Below, piece after piece: positions 29,620 through 43,768 of a stretch of 64,000 nucleotides of DNA. A program made the translations under genes and the position numbers. Location: assembly GCA_964016885.1 (NCBI GenBank), contig OZ024749.1:33666001-33730000 (forward strand), given 5' to 3'. The notes beneath the pieces were generated by a model that had not been told where the DNA came from, did not search any database, and was given only the letters and a program-made list of their open reading frames with translations. Position 1 is the first letter of the stretch. Each line of letters opens with the position of its first letter. Origin of the DNA: Eledone cirrhosa (Eukaryota).

Positions 29620-30692
29620 TTAACTCTTTAGGGTTATTCCATATCAACTAAGGACTTCAAATGGGCCTTTTTTGAAATCGCACATATTTCAAAAACTTAT
29701 TCTCACACTCCCATAATAATAACTAACATGGTTACTGCTCAGAAATGGTCTACTATATGCTAAGTAAGAGGAAAACAATTATTGTCGCTTTATCTAGTGT
29801 ACCTATTGAGATAGAAATACATAAAAGAGACATACGTTCGCTGTACGCTAAATTCTTGGCAATTTTCAGAGCCCTCTAGATGGAAATATATACAAGATAC
29901 ACTTGATTTGATAAGCCATTTGAACTCTACAGAAGAAGTTAGCCCTAAACACATGATTTCAAAGTTGTGCTTACCTTATTGGAGGAGAAATGGCTGTCTC
30001 AAGTTGGTCTGTAAACTTGTTCGGGAAAAAAAATGTATAATTAATTAATATTTTAAAGGCATACAATTTCAAAACTATCAAAGATATTGACCTAATACTA
30101 AATATTTTTCCATCATATAGGTACAGGAGCTAGTATGAATTTTTTCAGGGGGATCTGAGGGGTGACCTGGGAACCTCTGGGTGATTTGAGATGGAATGAC
30201 CCTTTAGCATTTAAACCGACGGTATCCGGCCAGAATTCTCTTGCCTCTTTCTGTTCAAACCAGTTGTAACTGGTTTCTCATACTGATGTTAAGGTATTCT
30301 TCTCAAAATAAATAATATCAAAAATCTCATCGATTCAATATTATGTGAGATAATTATGTGAGGTAAAGCATTTACCATACAAATATAATTGTTTCTACGT
30401 TAGGCACAAGGCCAGCAAATACCCAGTGCATTATTGGTACTTTATTTTATCGACCCCTTAAGGATGCAAGGCAAAGTTAACCTTGGCGGGATTTGAACTC
30501 AGAATGGCAAGGGCCGTAACTCTATACGTCAAAGCATGAGTACATATAAAGTAATGTGCAGTACATAAATTCATTGGATTCAGCATTTTCTTTTTCTCAT
30601 TGGCCTGTCTCCATTTCATTCGTTAAGTGTAAAAAAATCTATCTTAAATCATATGATTTAATAGGATAAATAATAGTGTACTCAAGGGTTAA
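29620..30692. mobile_element. piggyBac-like MITE hosting two nested insertions
   Basis: TTAA-CTCTT at the left end and AAGGG-TTAA at the right end. Confidence 0.6.
29631..30202. mobile_element. Non-autonomous DNA transposon with GGG termini, 17-bp TIRs and TTTA target duplication (Sola-like?)
   Basis: gggttattccatatcaa / ttgagatggaatgaccc, TTTA at 29627-29630 and 30203-30206. Confidence 0.75.
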
Positions 30693-31289
30693 AGGCGCCT
30701 TCATATTACTGTCCTTCCTCCAAAAAGGATCAGCCATTCTGCGCACGCATACACACAATATTACATGCACACTGAATTGGATGGATGACGTTGCCCCAGC
30801 ATGGCCTTAGTCTAAATAAAGCTTGAAACGTGTAAAAGGCTACAAGAATGTATGTAGTATATTTATTTACCATGTGTATAGATCTGCGGCAATTTGTGTG
30901 TCTGTGTATGTATATGTGGTGTGTGTGTCTGTTTATGTATATGTGGTGTGTGTGTCTTTATGTATGTGTAGTGGTGTGTGTCTTTATGCATGTGTGGTAT
31001 GTCTCAGCTTAAACATGCCTGAACATAGGTAGATACGTATGTATGTGTGTATGCCTGTGTGAATGTGTTTATGGATGTGTGGGGTATGTTTGTTAGAGCA
31101 TGCACAATTATATAAGTATAAATATGTGTCTATGCATATATATATATATATGTATATATGTATGTGTTTATGGGTGTGTTTTATGTATGCGTGATGTGTA
31201 CATGCCTGCAGGAACATATGCATATATGTATGTGTCTATGGGTGTGTTTTATGTATGCGTGATGTTTTATATATGCATGTATATATGGA

Positions 31290-32160
31290 TATATGTATGT
31301 GTGTATGGGCTTGCTTATGTATGTGTGATGTGTACACGCATGAATATATGTATATATGTAAGTTCTGGGCTTGCTTATGTATGTGTGATGTGTACATACA
31401 TGAATATATATGGATATATATGTGTGTTTATTAGCTTGCTTATGTATGTGTAATGTGTACATACATGAATATATATGGATATATGTATGTGTTTATTGGC
31501 TTGCGTATGTATGTGTAATGTGTACATACATGAATATATATGGATATATGTATGTGTGTATTGGCTTGCGTATGTATGTGTGATGTGTACATACATGAAT
31601 ATATATACATATATATATGTGTTTATTGGCTTGCGTATGTATGTGTAATGTGTACATAAGCAAGCCAATAGGCTTGCTTATGTATGTGTGATGTGTACAT
31701 ACATGAATATATATACATATATATATGTGTTTATTGGCTTGCGTATGTATGTGTAATGTGTACATACATGAATATATATGGATATATGTATGTGTGTATT
31801 GGCTTGCGTATGTATGTGTGATGTGTACATACATGAATATATATACATATATATATGTGTTTATTGGCTTGCGTATGTATGTGTAATGTGTACATACATG
31901 AATATATATGGATATATGTATGTGTGTATTGGCTTGCGTATGTATGTGTGATGTGTACATTACATGAATATATATACATATATATGTGTTTATTGGCTTG
32001 CGTATGTATGTGTAATGTGTACATTACATGAATATATATGGATATATGTATGTGTTTATTGGCTTGTATGTGTGATGTGTACATTACATGAATATATATC
32101 CATATATATATGTGTTTATTGGCTTGCTTATGTATGTGTAATGTGTACATGCATGAATAT
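31290..32160. repeat. ~60-bp TG/TA-rich minisatellite
   Basis: Repeated attggcttgcgtatgtatgtgt(a/g)atgtgtacatacatgaatatat. Confidence 0.9.
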
Positions 32161-32557
32161 ACGTATATATAGTTGCGCATGCGTGTGTACGTGCATTTCT
32201 CAGTCTGTTTACGAAACAGTAGTAAGTTTCTGTCTATTTTCTATTTCTGCATGCAATGATATATTACCTAGATGTCATGTTCTGTAAATGTTTCTTAGAA
32301 GAAATGTTTTCCCAGTAAGAAATAATTTTCCACAAGAGAAAATTAAGTGCAGTGAAGCGTTTCCTCACACAAAAGATGGAAATAGAAAAAAATATATAGG
32401 GATTCTGTGTATAAAATCTGCTAGGGGTCTACATAGAGGCAGAGAAATATACTCAAATATACACTTACATACTGAAACATATACACAAACACATACGCAC
32501 ACAGAGACTGATAGATATCTGTACATACATATGTATGTATGTATATATGTATATACA

Positions 32558-32590
<33 letters not shown>

Positions 32591-32951
32591 ACACACATAT
32601 ATATATATACATGCATATATATATATACATGCATATATATATATATATACATGCATATATATATATATATATATACATGCATATATATATATATATATAC
32701 ATGCATATATATATATATATATACATGCATATATATATATATATATATATACATGCATATATATATATATACATATATATACATATATACATATATACAC
32801 ACACACACAACACATATATATATAATATTATATCTTTAAATAGTTTAAGGTCGAATCAGTAACTCGTCACACTTGAGTTTCTACTATGTTTAAAGGTTCA
32901 TCAAACAGTCCTGTCAGACGGTTGCATGTGTGAGGTATACACACCATACAC

Positions 32952-33046
<95 letters not shown>

Positions 33047-33298
33047 CTGTTTCAACTTTAGGCACAAGGCTAGCAATTACCCAGTGCATTACTGGTACTT
33101 TATTTTATCGACCCCGTAAGGATGAAAGGCAAAGTCAACAACGAAGGAAATGTGGTAAGGAACCAGGTGGACCATAACGCACCAAAGTACTCAATACTTA
33201 GGGTAGTAGAGTGGGTAACAGGAACCAGTTAGACCCCGACGGCTGAGCTCAAGCCGTTTCGACGGCTTGAACTCAGCCGTCGGGGTCTTACTGGTTCC

Positions 33299-33301
<3 letters not shown>
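33047..33301 (-). mobile_element. SINE S1 3' part abutting a family A fold-back element
   Basis: ...caaagtcaac joined to aacgaaggaaatg; hairpin 33220-33300. Confidence 0.75.
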
Positions 33302-33383
<82 letters not shown>

Positions 33384-33885
33384 TGGAGTGTGATTCTTAC
33401 TTAAAGAAGCAAGCATAAAAGTCAATATATTTCTTTATGTGAGCAAGAAGCTTTAAGCTATGGGATTTAAAACGTTAGAAAGAGGACATCATAACGTAAC
33501 GAAACCTAATTCAATCAAGCAAAACAATACGTCACGTGTGATTGTATATTTATATAATTCATCGCTTGTAACTCTTTAATGAACCATAACAACATGTCAT
33601 CTGAGATTGTATATATATATATATATATATAAAATATTAAACAAATAATGAATAAACAATTCCTTATATTAAACAAAAAAAGTTCATTATTTAACGATCG
33701 TTTCTAGGATATATATGTGTTAGAGTTGGCATGCATATTCAACAGATCTATGTACAAAATTATACAAAATTATACAAACTATCAAGATTAAATATATATA
33801 TACGTTATTCCGGGTTCAATCGGGAGTAACCACCGTAAGAAAGGTACTCAATACATAGCAGAGTATAAAAGTTTTAATATAGATG

Positions 33886-33936
33886 AGATTCTACAGGACT
33901 AGAACTGTTTCATTCTTTAGAAATCATCAGGAATCT
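33886..33936 (-). ncRNA. Type I hammerhead ribozyme motif
   Basis: Minus strand AGATTC-CTGATGA-TTTCTAAAGAAT-GAAA-CAG ttctagtc CTG-TA-GAATCT. Confidence 0.7.
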
Positions 33937-34398
33937 GGGTATCAAAAAATAAATATGGTAGGAGAGGGTGGGGAGTGGGATGGGTAGAGGTCATTGGTTG
34001 ATAGAAAAGAGAATTCATTAAAAGCTAATTCTTTAAAGCTATAATTTATATTTAGAGTAACAAAGGCAGAAAGAATTCTATAAACAAGTTCAGAATGGGG
34101 TGCCACTCCTTATTTTTAAGTTTCTCTTAAGCTAACGATGCCTATATTTATGCCTATAACGATGTCTATAAGATCGTTGGGGGTCGGTCATGGTTGATGG
34201 ATTTAAAGAAAAGGGAAATTCTTTAAAAGCTAATTCTTTAAAGTTCTACTTAGAGTGACAAAGGCCAAGAGAATTCTATAGACCAGTTCAAAATATTGAG
34301 TGCCTATCATACCATTATCTTCAAGTTTCTCTTAAGCAATATTCCAAGTGTCAACAGACACATTCACAAACACACACACACGCGCGCGCGTACCCACT

Positions 34399-34462
<64 letters not shown>

Positions 34463-34503
34463 AATATACACATATATATATACATATACATACACATACA
34501 TAC

Positions 34504-34567
<64 letters not shown>

Positions 34568-34569
<2 letters not shown>

Positions 34570-34719
34570 GGTGGCTGCCAACTCGTTTTCGAGTACGGCC
34601 ACTACTTTATATCCATGTAGGAGACCTCCTACTGATGCGCTGAACGAGTGTGACTTTTTAGTCCAGCCAGCGACTTGAAAACTCTGGTACAAACACTACA
34701 CTTGTGACAATTATTGACA
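34568..34719 (-). mobile_element. 5'-truncated copy of the RTE-like element
   Basis: [25 protein letters not shown], within (TA)n. Confidence 0.8.
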
Positions 34720-34761
34720 TGTATATATATATATGTGTAAATGTATATATATATGTATATG

Positions 34762-34853
<92 letters not shown>

Positions 34854-35048
34854 GAAATACATATACGTATATATATACATTTACACATATATATATATAT
34901 ATACATGTGTGTGTGTGTGCGCAAATATATTTTACATATATATATACATATATATATAAAATATATGTATATACACACACACACATATATATAAATATAT
35001 ATATATTTGTAGAAAACAAATAAACTTCTACAAATTTCTTACTTGACG

Positions 35049-35108
<60 letters not shown>

Positions 35109-35405
35109 CGTCAGCTATAAAATTTGTAGAAATGTATTTGTTTTCTACAAATCTCTACAAATTGCATACTTGACGACTCAATATAATTATATATACATAT
35201 ATATCATTCTCTTAAATTTCCACACACAGACACACAAAAACTTATACAATGTTTTGTAATGCTTATATCACTCATGTTGCTACATTAAGCATTGAGAAGT
35301 TCTCTTTCTTCTTCTTCTTCTTCTTCTTCTTCTTCTTCTTCTTCTTCTTCTTCTTCTTCTTCTTCTTCTTCTTCTTCTTCTTCTTCTTCACACAACACGC
35401 ACTCA

Positions 35406-35519
<114 letters not shown>

Positions 35520-35549
35520 TAAATAAATGTATCTATCTATCTAAACATA

Positions 35550-35627
<78 letters not shown>

Positions 35628-35637
35628 GGAGAGAGGG

Positions 35638-35672
<35 letters not shown>

Positions 35673-35678
35673 GGAGAG

Positions 35679-35719
<41 letters not shown>

Positions 35720-35729
35720 GGAGAGAGGA

Positions 35730-35762
<33 letters not shown>

Positions 35763-36248
35763 GGAGAGAGGGATACATACATACATACATACATACATAG
35801 AAGGGATGTGGGGTTTCTAGGGAATGGCGGGTATTTTAAAGCTAACTGTTGTTTTAGCATGCGTAATGAAAAAGGAACCAGTTGATGCAGTGCAAACGAA
35901 GCAGATTGTATGATAGGAATATGTCAACAGCATGTACATTAACTGCACAAATTCTCATGCAGAGTACTTAGTATTATAAGTAGTCAGTTATAATGGATTC
36001 GATCTTCGATCCTGGCAATATACAACTCTCAATGCAGCATCCAACATGCAATGTGCAACATGCAGTTTTCAAATGCATTTTGGATTGGAAATGCATTGAA
36101 GCTGAATCGATGGTCAATTCGAATTTATATGTTTGACCTCCTTCACGTAAAATGTAGACATTTTACATTCAAACGCATACATAATTTCACTCTCTCTCTT
36201 TCAATCACACACACATACACAAAACACACGCAAACACGAAAACACGCA

Positions 36249-36275
<27 letters not shown>

Positions 36276-36283
<8 letters not shown>

Positions 36284-36550
36284 ATACTTGGGGAGGGTCA
36301 TATTTGTGTAATAATATTGCAAGAATTAATAACAGAACACACTCACTGTTTGGTTGGTTTTCGCTTCTGTGTCTTTTATATCGGTAAATTAACCGATATA
36401 AAAGACACAGAAGCGAAAACCAACCAAGCAGTGAGTGTGTTCTGTTATTAATTCTGGCAATATTATTACACAAATATGACCCTCCTCAAGTATAACAATA
36501 TTTGTTTCGACACACGATTTCATATCAAAAACCTCGCAAAACTAATTCAA
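36276..36550 (+). mobile_element. Fold-back mini-element family B, ~110-bp arms plus tail
   Basis: Palindrome 36276-36501, then tail tttgtttcgacacacgatttcatatcaaaaacctcgcaaaacta. Confidence 0.8.
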
Positions 36551-36726
36551 CGCAGTTAGAGTCGGACACCATGCTTTGAAGCATAGAGTTACGTCCCTTT
36601 ATGATCTGAGTTCAAATCCCGCCGAGGTTAACTTTGCCTTTCATCCTTACGGGGTCGATAAAATAAAGTACCAGTAATGTACTGGGTAATTGCTGGCCTT
36701 GTGCCTAAAATAGAAACAGTTATATA

Positions 36727-36777
<51 letters not shown>

Positions 36778-36783
36778 GAATAT

Positions 36784-37066
36784 ATATTGTTATACTTGGG
36801 GAGGGTCATATTTGTGTAATAATATTGCAAGAATTAATAACAGAACACACTCACTGTTTGGTTGGTTTTCGCTTCTGTGTCTTTTATATCGGTTAATTTA
36901 CCGATATAAAAGACACAGAAGCGAAAACCAACCAAACAGTGAGTGTGTTCTGTTATTAATTCTTGCAATATTATTACACAAATATGACCCTCCCCAAGTA
37001 TAACAATATTTGTTTCGACACACGATTTCATATCAAAAACCTCGCAAAACTAATTCATCGCCGTTA
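36784..37066 (+). mobile_element. Fold-back mini-element family B, second copy
   Basis: Palindrome 36784-37009 plus the same tail. Confidence 0.8.
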
Positions 37067-37067
37067 T

Positions 37068-37248
37068 GTGGATTGGCAGTATCAGTAGAGGGTCGGACGC
37101 CATGCTTTCCAGCATAGTTACGTCCCTTTACGATCTGAGTTCAAATCCCGCCGAGGTTGACTTTGCCTTTCATCCTTACGGGGTCGATAAAATAAAGTAC
37201 CAGTAATGCACTGGCTAATTGCTGGCCTTGTGCCTATAGTAGAAACAG

Positions 37249-37250
<2 letters not shown>
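37068..37250 (+). mobile_element. SINE S1 (another at about 36560-36722)
   Basis: S1 consensus. Confidence 0.9.
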
Positions 37251-37283
<33 letters not shown>

Positions 37284-37330
37284 TATATATATTCCTCAGA
37301 GCTTAGCACTCCCCTTAACAAGGGGAGTGC

Positions 37331-37378
37331 TAAGCTCTGAGGAATACCAACAGTATGAAACAGAGATCTGTCAGCTTA
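37331..37378 (+). ncRNA. Canonical type I hammerhead ribozyme
   Basis: TAAGCT-CTGAGGA-ATAC caaca GTAT-GAAA-CAG agat CTG-TC-AGCTTA; predicted cleavage after C37372. Confidence 0.8.
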
Positions 37379-37533
37379 TCTCCCTTTGTTTGTTGAAAAA
37401 AGAAGTAAGTGACATAGTCACTACTTTAAAAATATAGCGTAAGTTCTTCAAAATGCTTTTAATTAAGCATACAGTGTATTACCAAATACACTATATATAC
37501 ATTCATATATACATCGTTATTTCAGAGCACAAA

Positions 37534-37570
<37 letters not shown>

Positions 37571-37593
37571 TTATATAAATATACATACATACA

Positions 37594-37628
<35 letters not shown>

Positions 37629-37737
37629 GGTGTCCCCCCAAATTACATACACACTTTGATTACCTGTACAGGCAATGCTTATTAGAATGCTGTTGAACTG
37701 TGTATATATTTTTTGGGATAACCCCCTCTCTCTCTCC

Positions 37738-37829
<92 letters not shown>

Positions 37830-38209
37830 AATCGAATTACTTCAGAAGTATTGGGGGAATTTGAAATAGAGTATAGTTGTGTTTAATCAAGGTTTCTACG
37901 TGATAAAAAAACTTTCCCTATCTAGGTTTTTTTCAGTGAACCGATATTTAGGATGCATTTAACTTTTTTGATATCAAACCGCTTTGAAACGACCCTGTTT
38001 CTATTGTACAAAACAGTTTATTTAAAAACATCTATATTTATCTTAAAGCCTACCACCATGACATACAGCATGTTTTCGGGACTTTAAACTTGGCTCAACT
38101 TCTCACCAGGTTTGAACCCAACTAATTTCTTTCTGAGATGGGGTGATAGAGAAATAGAGGAAGAATCATTCGTCATATTACCCTCGTGCTTTATTGACCT
38201 CAGTAGGTT

Positions 38210-38260
<51 letters not shown>

Positions 38261-39344
38261 CCGTAAATATTTTATCCGACGTTCTAACGACTCTGCCAAA
38301 TCCCTGCACACTTTTTTATAATACGTTTTGTCTAATCCTTTCTTCAGTGTTTGGAACTTGTGTTTCAGCTATTTGATAAACATTAAAGTTCTTAAAAGAC
38401 GTAATGGTTTCTGATATAGGCATAAGGCCAACAATTTTAGAACGAGGGGGAATGTGCGTGACTTATACTTTATTTTATCAACCGCGTAAGGATGAACGGC
38501 AAAGCTAACTTCGGCAGAATTTGAAATCAGTACTTAAAAGACCGCAATTATGCAACAAAGTATGGCGTTCGACGCTCTACCGTTACTGCCAATCCAACGC
38601 CCTAGTTATAATAACAGTTTCCTAATTATAATAATAATATTTCATTTCTATTTCTAAGTCTATGCTAAGAATGTGTAGTGACAAGATGTATTGGCAGCCC
38701 AGATATCGTCAAATTAACTCTCGTGTGGTACTGCATGTAGTTGCGACTCTTCAAATGAATGTAATGTTAATTTTTGTACTAGGCAATAAAATCGACTATA
38801 CTAATCTTTCAAATTTTAAACTTTGTGCTTATAATACGAGTTAATATTTTGTATATTGGCAGTGATATTTGGCAACTGCTTGTCATTGTTATATATATTT
38901 TATATAAATCTCAGCAAATAGTGTTAACAGCCGTGACTTTAGTAATAAAAGTCTATACATTAAAACGAAAGAATTTCGATAAGCGTTGAAGGTCAAGCAA
39001 GGGAAATGTTTAGTGTCATTTTATGGGTGATTCTGAAAGTGATAAAAAATTATAAGAATAACTTGATGAAATATTTAAGCTTTATGATTGAGATCGCTGC
39101 ATTAAAGGTAAAAAAATAGGGAACTGCTCCAGTAAAATAGTAAATCACAATACAATAAAATACAGTAAATGCTATAAAATGTAATGTTGCACACATCATT
39201 AAAGTACAATACAGAACATTAGAGTTTAATATCATAGAAATAGAGTGGTGTCAAAATGTACACTATAATAGAAAATCTGCAAAGAAATGATATAAGATTA
39301 ATTTCCATATAATGTAGACAGCTTGCACGTTTGCTTAAATAATA

Positions 39345-40170
39345 ATTGTTTCTAATTTTGGCACAAGGCCAGCAATTACCCAGTGCATTACTGGTACTTT
39401 ATTTTATCGACCCCGTAAGGATGAAAGGCAAAGTTAACCTCGGTGGGATTTGAACTCAGAATGGCAAGGGCCGTAACTCATGCGTCAAAGCATGGCGTCC
39501 GACCCTCTACCGATACTGCCAATCCACCGCCTTAAATAATAATTGTTTCTACTTTTGGCACAAGGCCAGCAATTACCCAATACATTACTGGTACTTTATT
39601 TTATCGACCCCGTAAGGATGAAAGGCAAAGTTAACCTCGGCGGGATTTGAACTCAGACCGTAAAGGGACGTAACTATGCTGGAAAGCATGGCGTCCGACT
39701 CTCTACTGATACTGCCAATCCACCGCCTTAAATAATAATAATGGTTTCTTATATAGGCACAAGGCCTACAATTTTGGGGGAGAGGAAAATCGATTACATC
39801 GACCCCAGGGCATTACTGGGGCTTTATTTTATCGACCCCGTAAAGATGAAAGGCAAAGCTAACCTCGGCTGGATTTGAACTCCGAATATTAAGGGCCGTG
39901 ACTATATGCCGTGAGGTATTTTGTCCGATGCTCTACCGATACTACCAATCCAGCGCTCAATAATAGTAATGGTTTCTTTAATAGGCACAAGGCCAGCAAT
40001 TTTGGGTGAGGGGAAAGTCGATTAAATCGACCCAGTACGTTACTGGTACTTTATTTTATCGACCCCGTAAGATTGAAAGGCTGGATTGGAACTCCAAATA
40101 TTAAGAGCCGTGACTATATGCCGTAAAGCATTTTGTCCGATGCTCTACCGATACTGACAATGCACCGCTC
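39345..40170 (-). mobile_element. Tandem array of four SINE S1 copies
   Basis: Head-to-tail units separated by short aataat spacers. Confidence 0.9.
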
Positions 40171-40189
40171 AATAATAATAATTATAATG

Positions 40190-40397
40190 ATAATGAGTAG
40201 TTAGAGAATTGGGTACGCAATCTTGAGGTTGTGCGTTCGATTCCTGGACAGGGTGATACGTTGTGTCCTTGGGCAAGACACTTTATTTCACGTTGTTCCT
40301 TCTACCTGGAGTTGCAACCGATAGACAGTACTAGTAACTGGAAAGACCAATGGTAACATTGTTTTCTCGGTCCGATTGGACGAAAGTCGATCGACAG

Positions 40398-40402
<5 letters not shown>
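40190..40402 (+). mobile_element. tRNA-derived CORE-like SINE (family S2)
   Basis: agtagttagag...gttcgattcctgg...gtgtccttgggcaagacacttt; same 3' body as the 43769 copy. Confidence 0.8.
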
Positions 40403-40447
<45 letters not shown>

Positions 40448-40545
40448 CGTGTGTGTGTATTCTTTGTTTGTAGTTTTTTGTGCAATATCCCAAATAAAGA
40501 GGAAAGGCAAAAATCTAAATGCACAAAAAACTACAAACAAAGAAT

Positions 40546-40597
<52 letters not shown>

Positions 40598-41857
40598 ATT
40601 CTTTGTTTGTAGTTTTTTGTGCATACATTCAAAGGGGTGGGAAATGAGATTTATTTCCCAAATATAGAGGAAAGGCAAAAATCTAAATGTGAACCCAATA
40701 CAATCTGTAGATGTATGTTTGGCATAATAAAAAAAAAATCAGTAAATTCTCAAACAATCTAGAATAGTTACCATATGTGCACTTAGAAGCGAATATAATG
40801 GAAAATGAGATGAATATTATATGTCCTTATACTGAAATCAATATTGACTTTCTATAGTCTGGAAATAGAAACTTGATAATCTCGAAGTTGAGTCGAAAAT
40901 AGAATATAATTAAAGTTTTTTGAAAATATATTATACATTTTAATGAATGTTTAATCTTGTTAACCGTTTTACCATATAACTAAGCGAAACCTCAGACAAA
41001 ATATGTTAAAACATAATCTCAGGCGAATGAATTCGTTTCAAAACCACCAATTGCAGTAAAGAAAAACGTAGAAAATTTCGAAACGGATTTAATTGCAACA
41101 AGAAAAATTTAAGATATAATAATTTCATTAACACCTTACCAACAAACTATCCAAGATTTTCATTCCTCATATATAAACAATAAATGCTTGCAAATTAAAT
41201 ATTTGAAAGGTGCCGTCATGACATACAGCATGTCTTGGGCATTAAAACCTAGCAGAGACTATTCCTCACCAAGTTTGAACATAGCCAATGTCTTCTAGAG
41301 AAAGAGAGGGGGGGGGGGTGAGGAGGAAGGGTGGCAGAGAAAGTGAGATAGAGGAAGAATCGATCCTATTAATAGATTCGTGCTTTATTCATCGATATCG
41401 ATGGATGAAAATTAATCAGGATTTTAACTCGATACAGAAACCCAAAATGAATACCGCAAAGTATTCTAACGGCCAACTGGCCGCCCTGTACAAAGTATAT
41501 GGGAATACGTATAGTAGATTCTTATAGAATGACATAGCGAACGCATGTAGCTAAACTAATTCAAATAAACATAACATAACGAACGTGTGTTTATGTGAAA
41601 CAAATGGCATCAAGAAACATACACTGAAAATGTTGCTATCAATTTAAACTAACATATTCATGTCAAAAGTTTGCTATCAAGTCAATCAAAGATTTTCTCC
41701 TTAAGTAAATATCATTTTCCAATAGGGAATTATTTCCTCTAAGGTATGACTCGTGTGGTTTGTGTTTGTTAATGAAACAGTAAAGTACTGATAATACTAT
41801 CGATAAGAGCACATTTTGCCATTATAGGTCTACATGATCACCACGTACACATACACG

Positions 41858-41968
<111 letters not shown>

Positions 41969-42644
41969 CCCAACCACTCTCTCTATTGTGATCCGTATGA
42001 TATATTACTTTCACTCCAGGCACATCACTAACCACTTTACCCAGTTCTTCATTCCCAGAAATTCAGCTCTAAGAAATTCCCTCGCAGCTCATATTTTCCC
42101 TGCCTGCAGTCATCAATTTGCAACCGTTCAAAAAAAAATTAAACAATTTAAAAAAAGTAAAAATCCCTAGGCTCCAGACCAAATCTTTAAAAAAATACAT
42201 AAACAAAATATTTTTAGCCTACATTCAGATATTCAATATGTGTAACTAGTGTTAGACTATAATATAAAAGGCTGGACTCTTTCGTTATAGTGATCATAAT
42301 ATCAGGATGTTTAAAGGGAATCGAAGAAGTGTTAAGTTTGGCAGGAAATATCTAAAAGGTGATAAGAATGACGGATTTCAGAAAGTAATTTTGAATATTC
42401 GAAGGAGACATTGTTGAATTGACACTTAAAAAATAATAAAAAATAGTATTTTATTGAAAGTTTCAATTTGGGTATTAATAATTTATATGGCGTTAATATG
42501 TAAAATATCCACTGTGTTAATAAGGCAATAATTGTTTGGTAATCTTGAACGTTTATATATTGATTTCAGAATAAATGTTTCAAATACGCCGCTCACAGGA
42601 TAACCAATAGTTAAGTCAGTCTCAGCATATTTTATTTCAGGAAC

Positions 42645-42925
42645 ATTAACCTTTACATTACCATATTTCCAAGGTACTGCCTACGCCATTAAACTTTTCA
42701 TTACCATATTTCCAATAAAAGGTACTGCCTACGTCATTAACCTTTTCATTACCATATTTCTAATGAACGACACTGCCTATATCATTAACCTTTTCATTAC
42801 CATATTTCTAAGGAAAGACACTTCCTGTATCATTAACCCTTTCATTAAAATATTTCTAAAGAAAGACTCCGCCTATATCATTAACTCTTTCATTACCATA
42901 TTTCTAATGAAAGTCACTGCCTTTT
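42645..42925. repeat. ~48-bp tandem repeat
   Basis: cattaaccttttcattaccatatttctaa...actgcctatat repeated about six times. Confidence 0.85.
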
Positions 42926-43294
42926 TTTTTCAAATAATTTTGAAAATAATAAAAAATTTGGAGGGATTTAGTAACATAACTTTCCAATTAACAAGCTGAC
43001 GTTTGGAACATAACTTAAATTGTCTTGTGTCAACTTATGATAGGAGGTTTAAAAAGAAATATAAACGCTTGTCTCCCATAAAATCAAGTTGGTTTGACAT
43101 CAAAAATGCATAGTTGAAAAGAGCCTTATATTAACAAAAATCTGACAATTTTGCAAACAATCTATCTGCATAGAAGATGGAAGATATCCAGCAAATGTTA
43201 CTATTTTCATATGTAACTTCTAAAATATTGAATCACCACACGACCTTGAGATTCAATGCGCTATGTGCTGCCTGGGGCTCATTATATTTCATAC

Positions 43295-43515
43295 GCCGAG
43301 GTTAACTTTGCCTTTCATCCTTACGGGGTCGATAAAATAAAGTACCAGTAATGTACTGGGTTATTTGCTGGCCTTGTGCCAAAAGTAGAAACAATTATAT
43401 TTCATACGCCGAGGTTAACTTTGCCTTTCATCCTTATGGGGTCGATAAAATAAAGTACCAGTAATGTACTGGGTAATTGCTGGCCTTGTGCCTAAAGTAG
43501 AAACAATTATATTTC
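43295..43515 (+). mobile_element. Two tandem 5'-truncated SINE S1 halves
   Basis: The unit attatatttcatacgccgagg...gtagaaaca is duplicated. Confidence 0.85.
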
Positions 43516-43703
43516 ATAACAACCCATCAGCTATAATTTAGACAAAAAGGACGGATAATACAATTCTGGTTTTAATTCTTTTAACCACCATAAGCCTTTA
43601 TATTTTTAATAGTTTTCTCAGAATACTGTTTCTATAATTTCTCTACTTATATTGTAGTTTGAATTATAATGTATTCACACATATTTAAATATATAGAGAG
43701 AGA

Positions 43704-43759
43704 GGTTATGATTGTTGGCTTTCACCCAGGCGGCTCGGGTTCGATTCCCGGCATGGCAA
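43704..43759 (+). pseudogene. 5'-truncated tRNA-Glu(TTC)-derived sequence
   Basis: ggttatgattgttggcTTTCACccaggcggctcgggttcgattcccggcatggcaa matches the 3' three-quarters of eukaryotic tRNA-Glu; 5' acceptor strand and most of the D arm are absent. Confidence 0.7.
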
Positions 43760-43768
43760 CATATTTTT

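Noticed and set aside
43704-43759. Functional tRNA-Glu gene
   Set aside because: The 5' acceptor strand and A-box region are missing.
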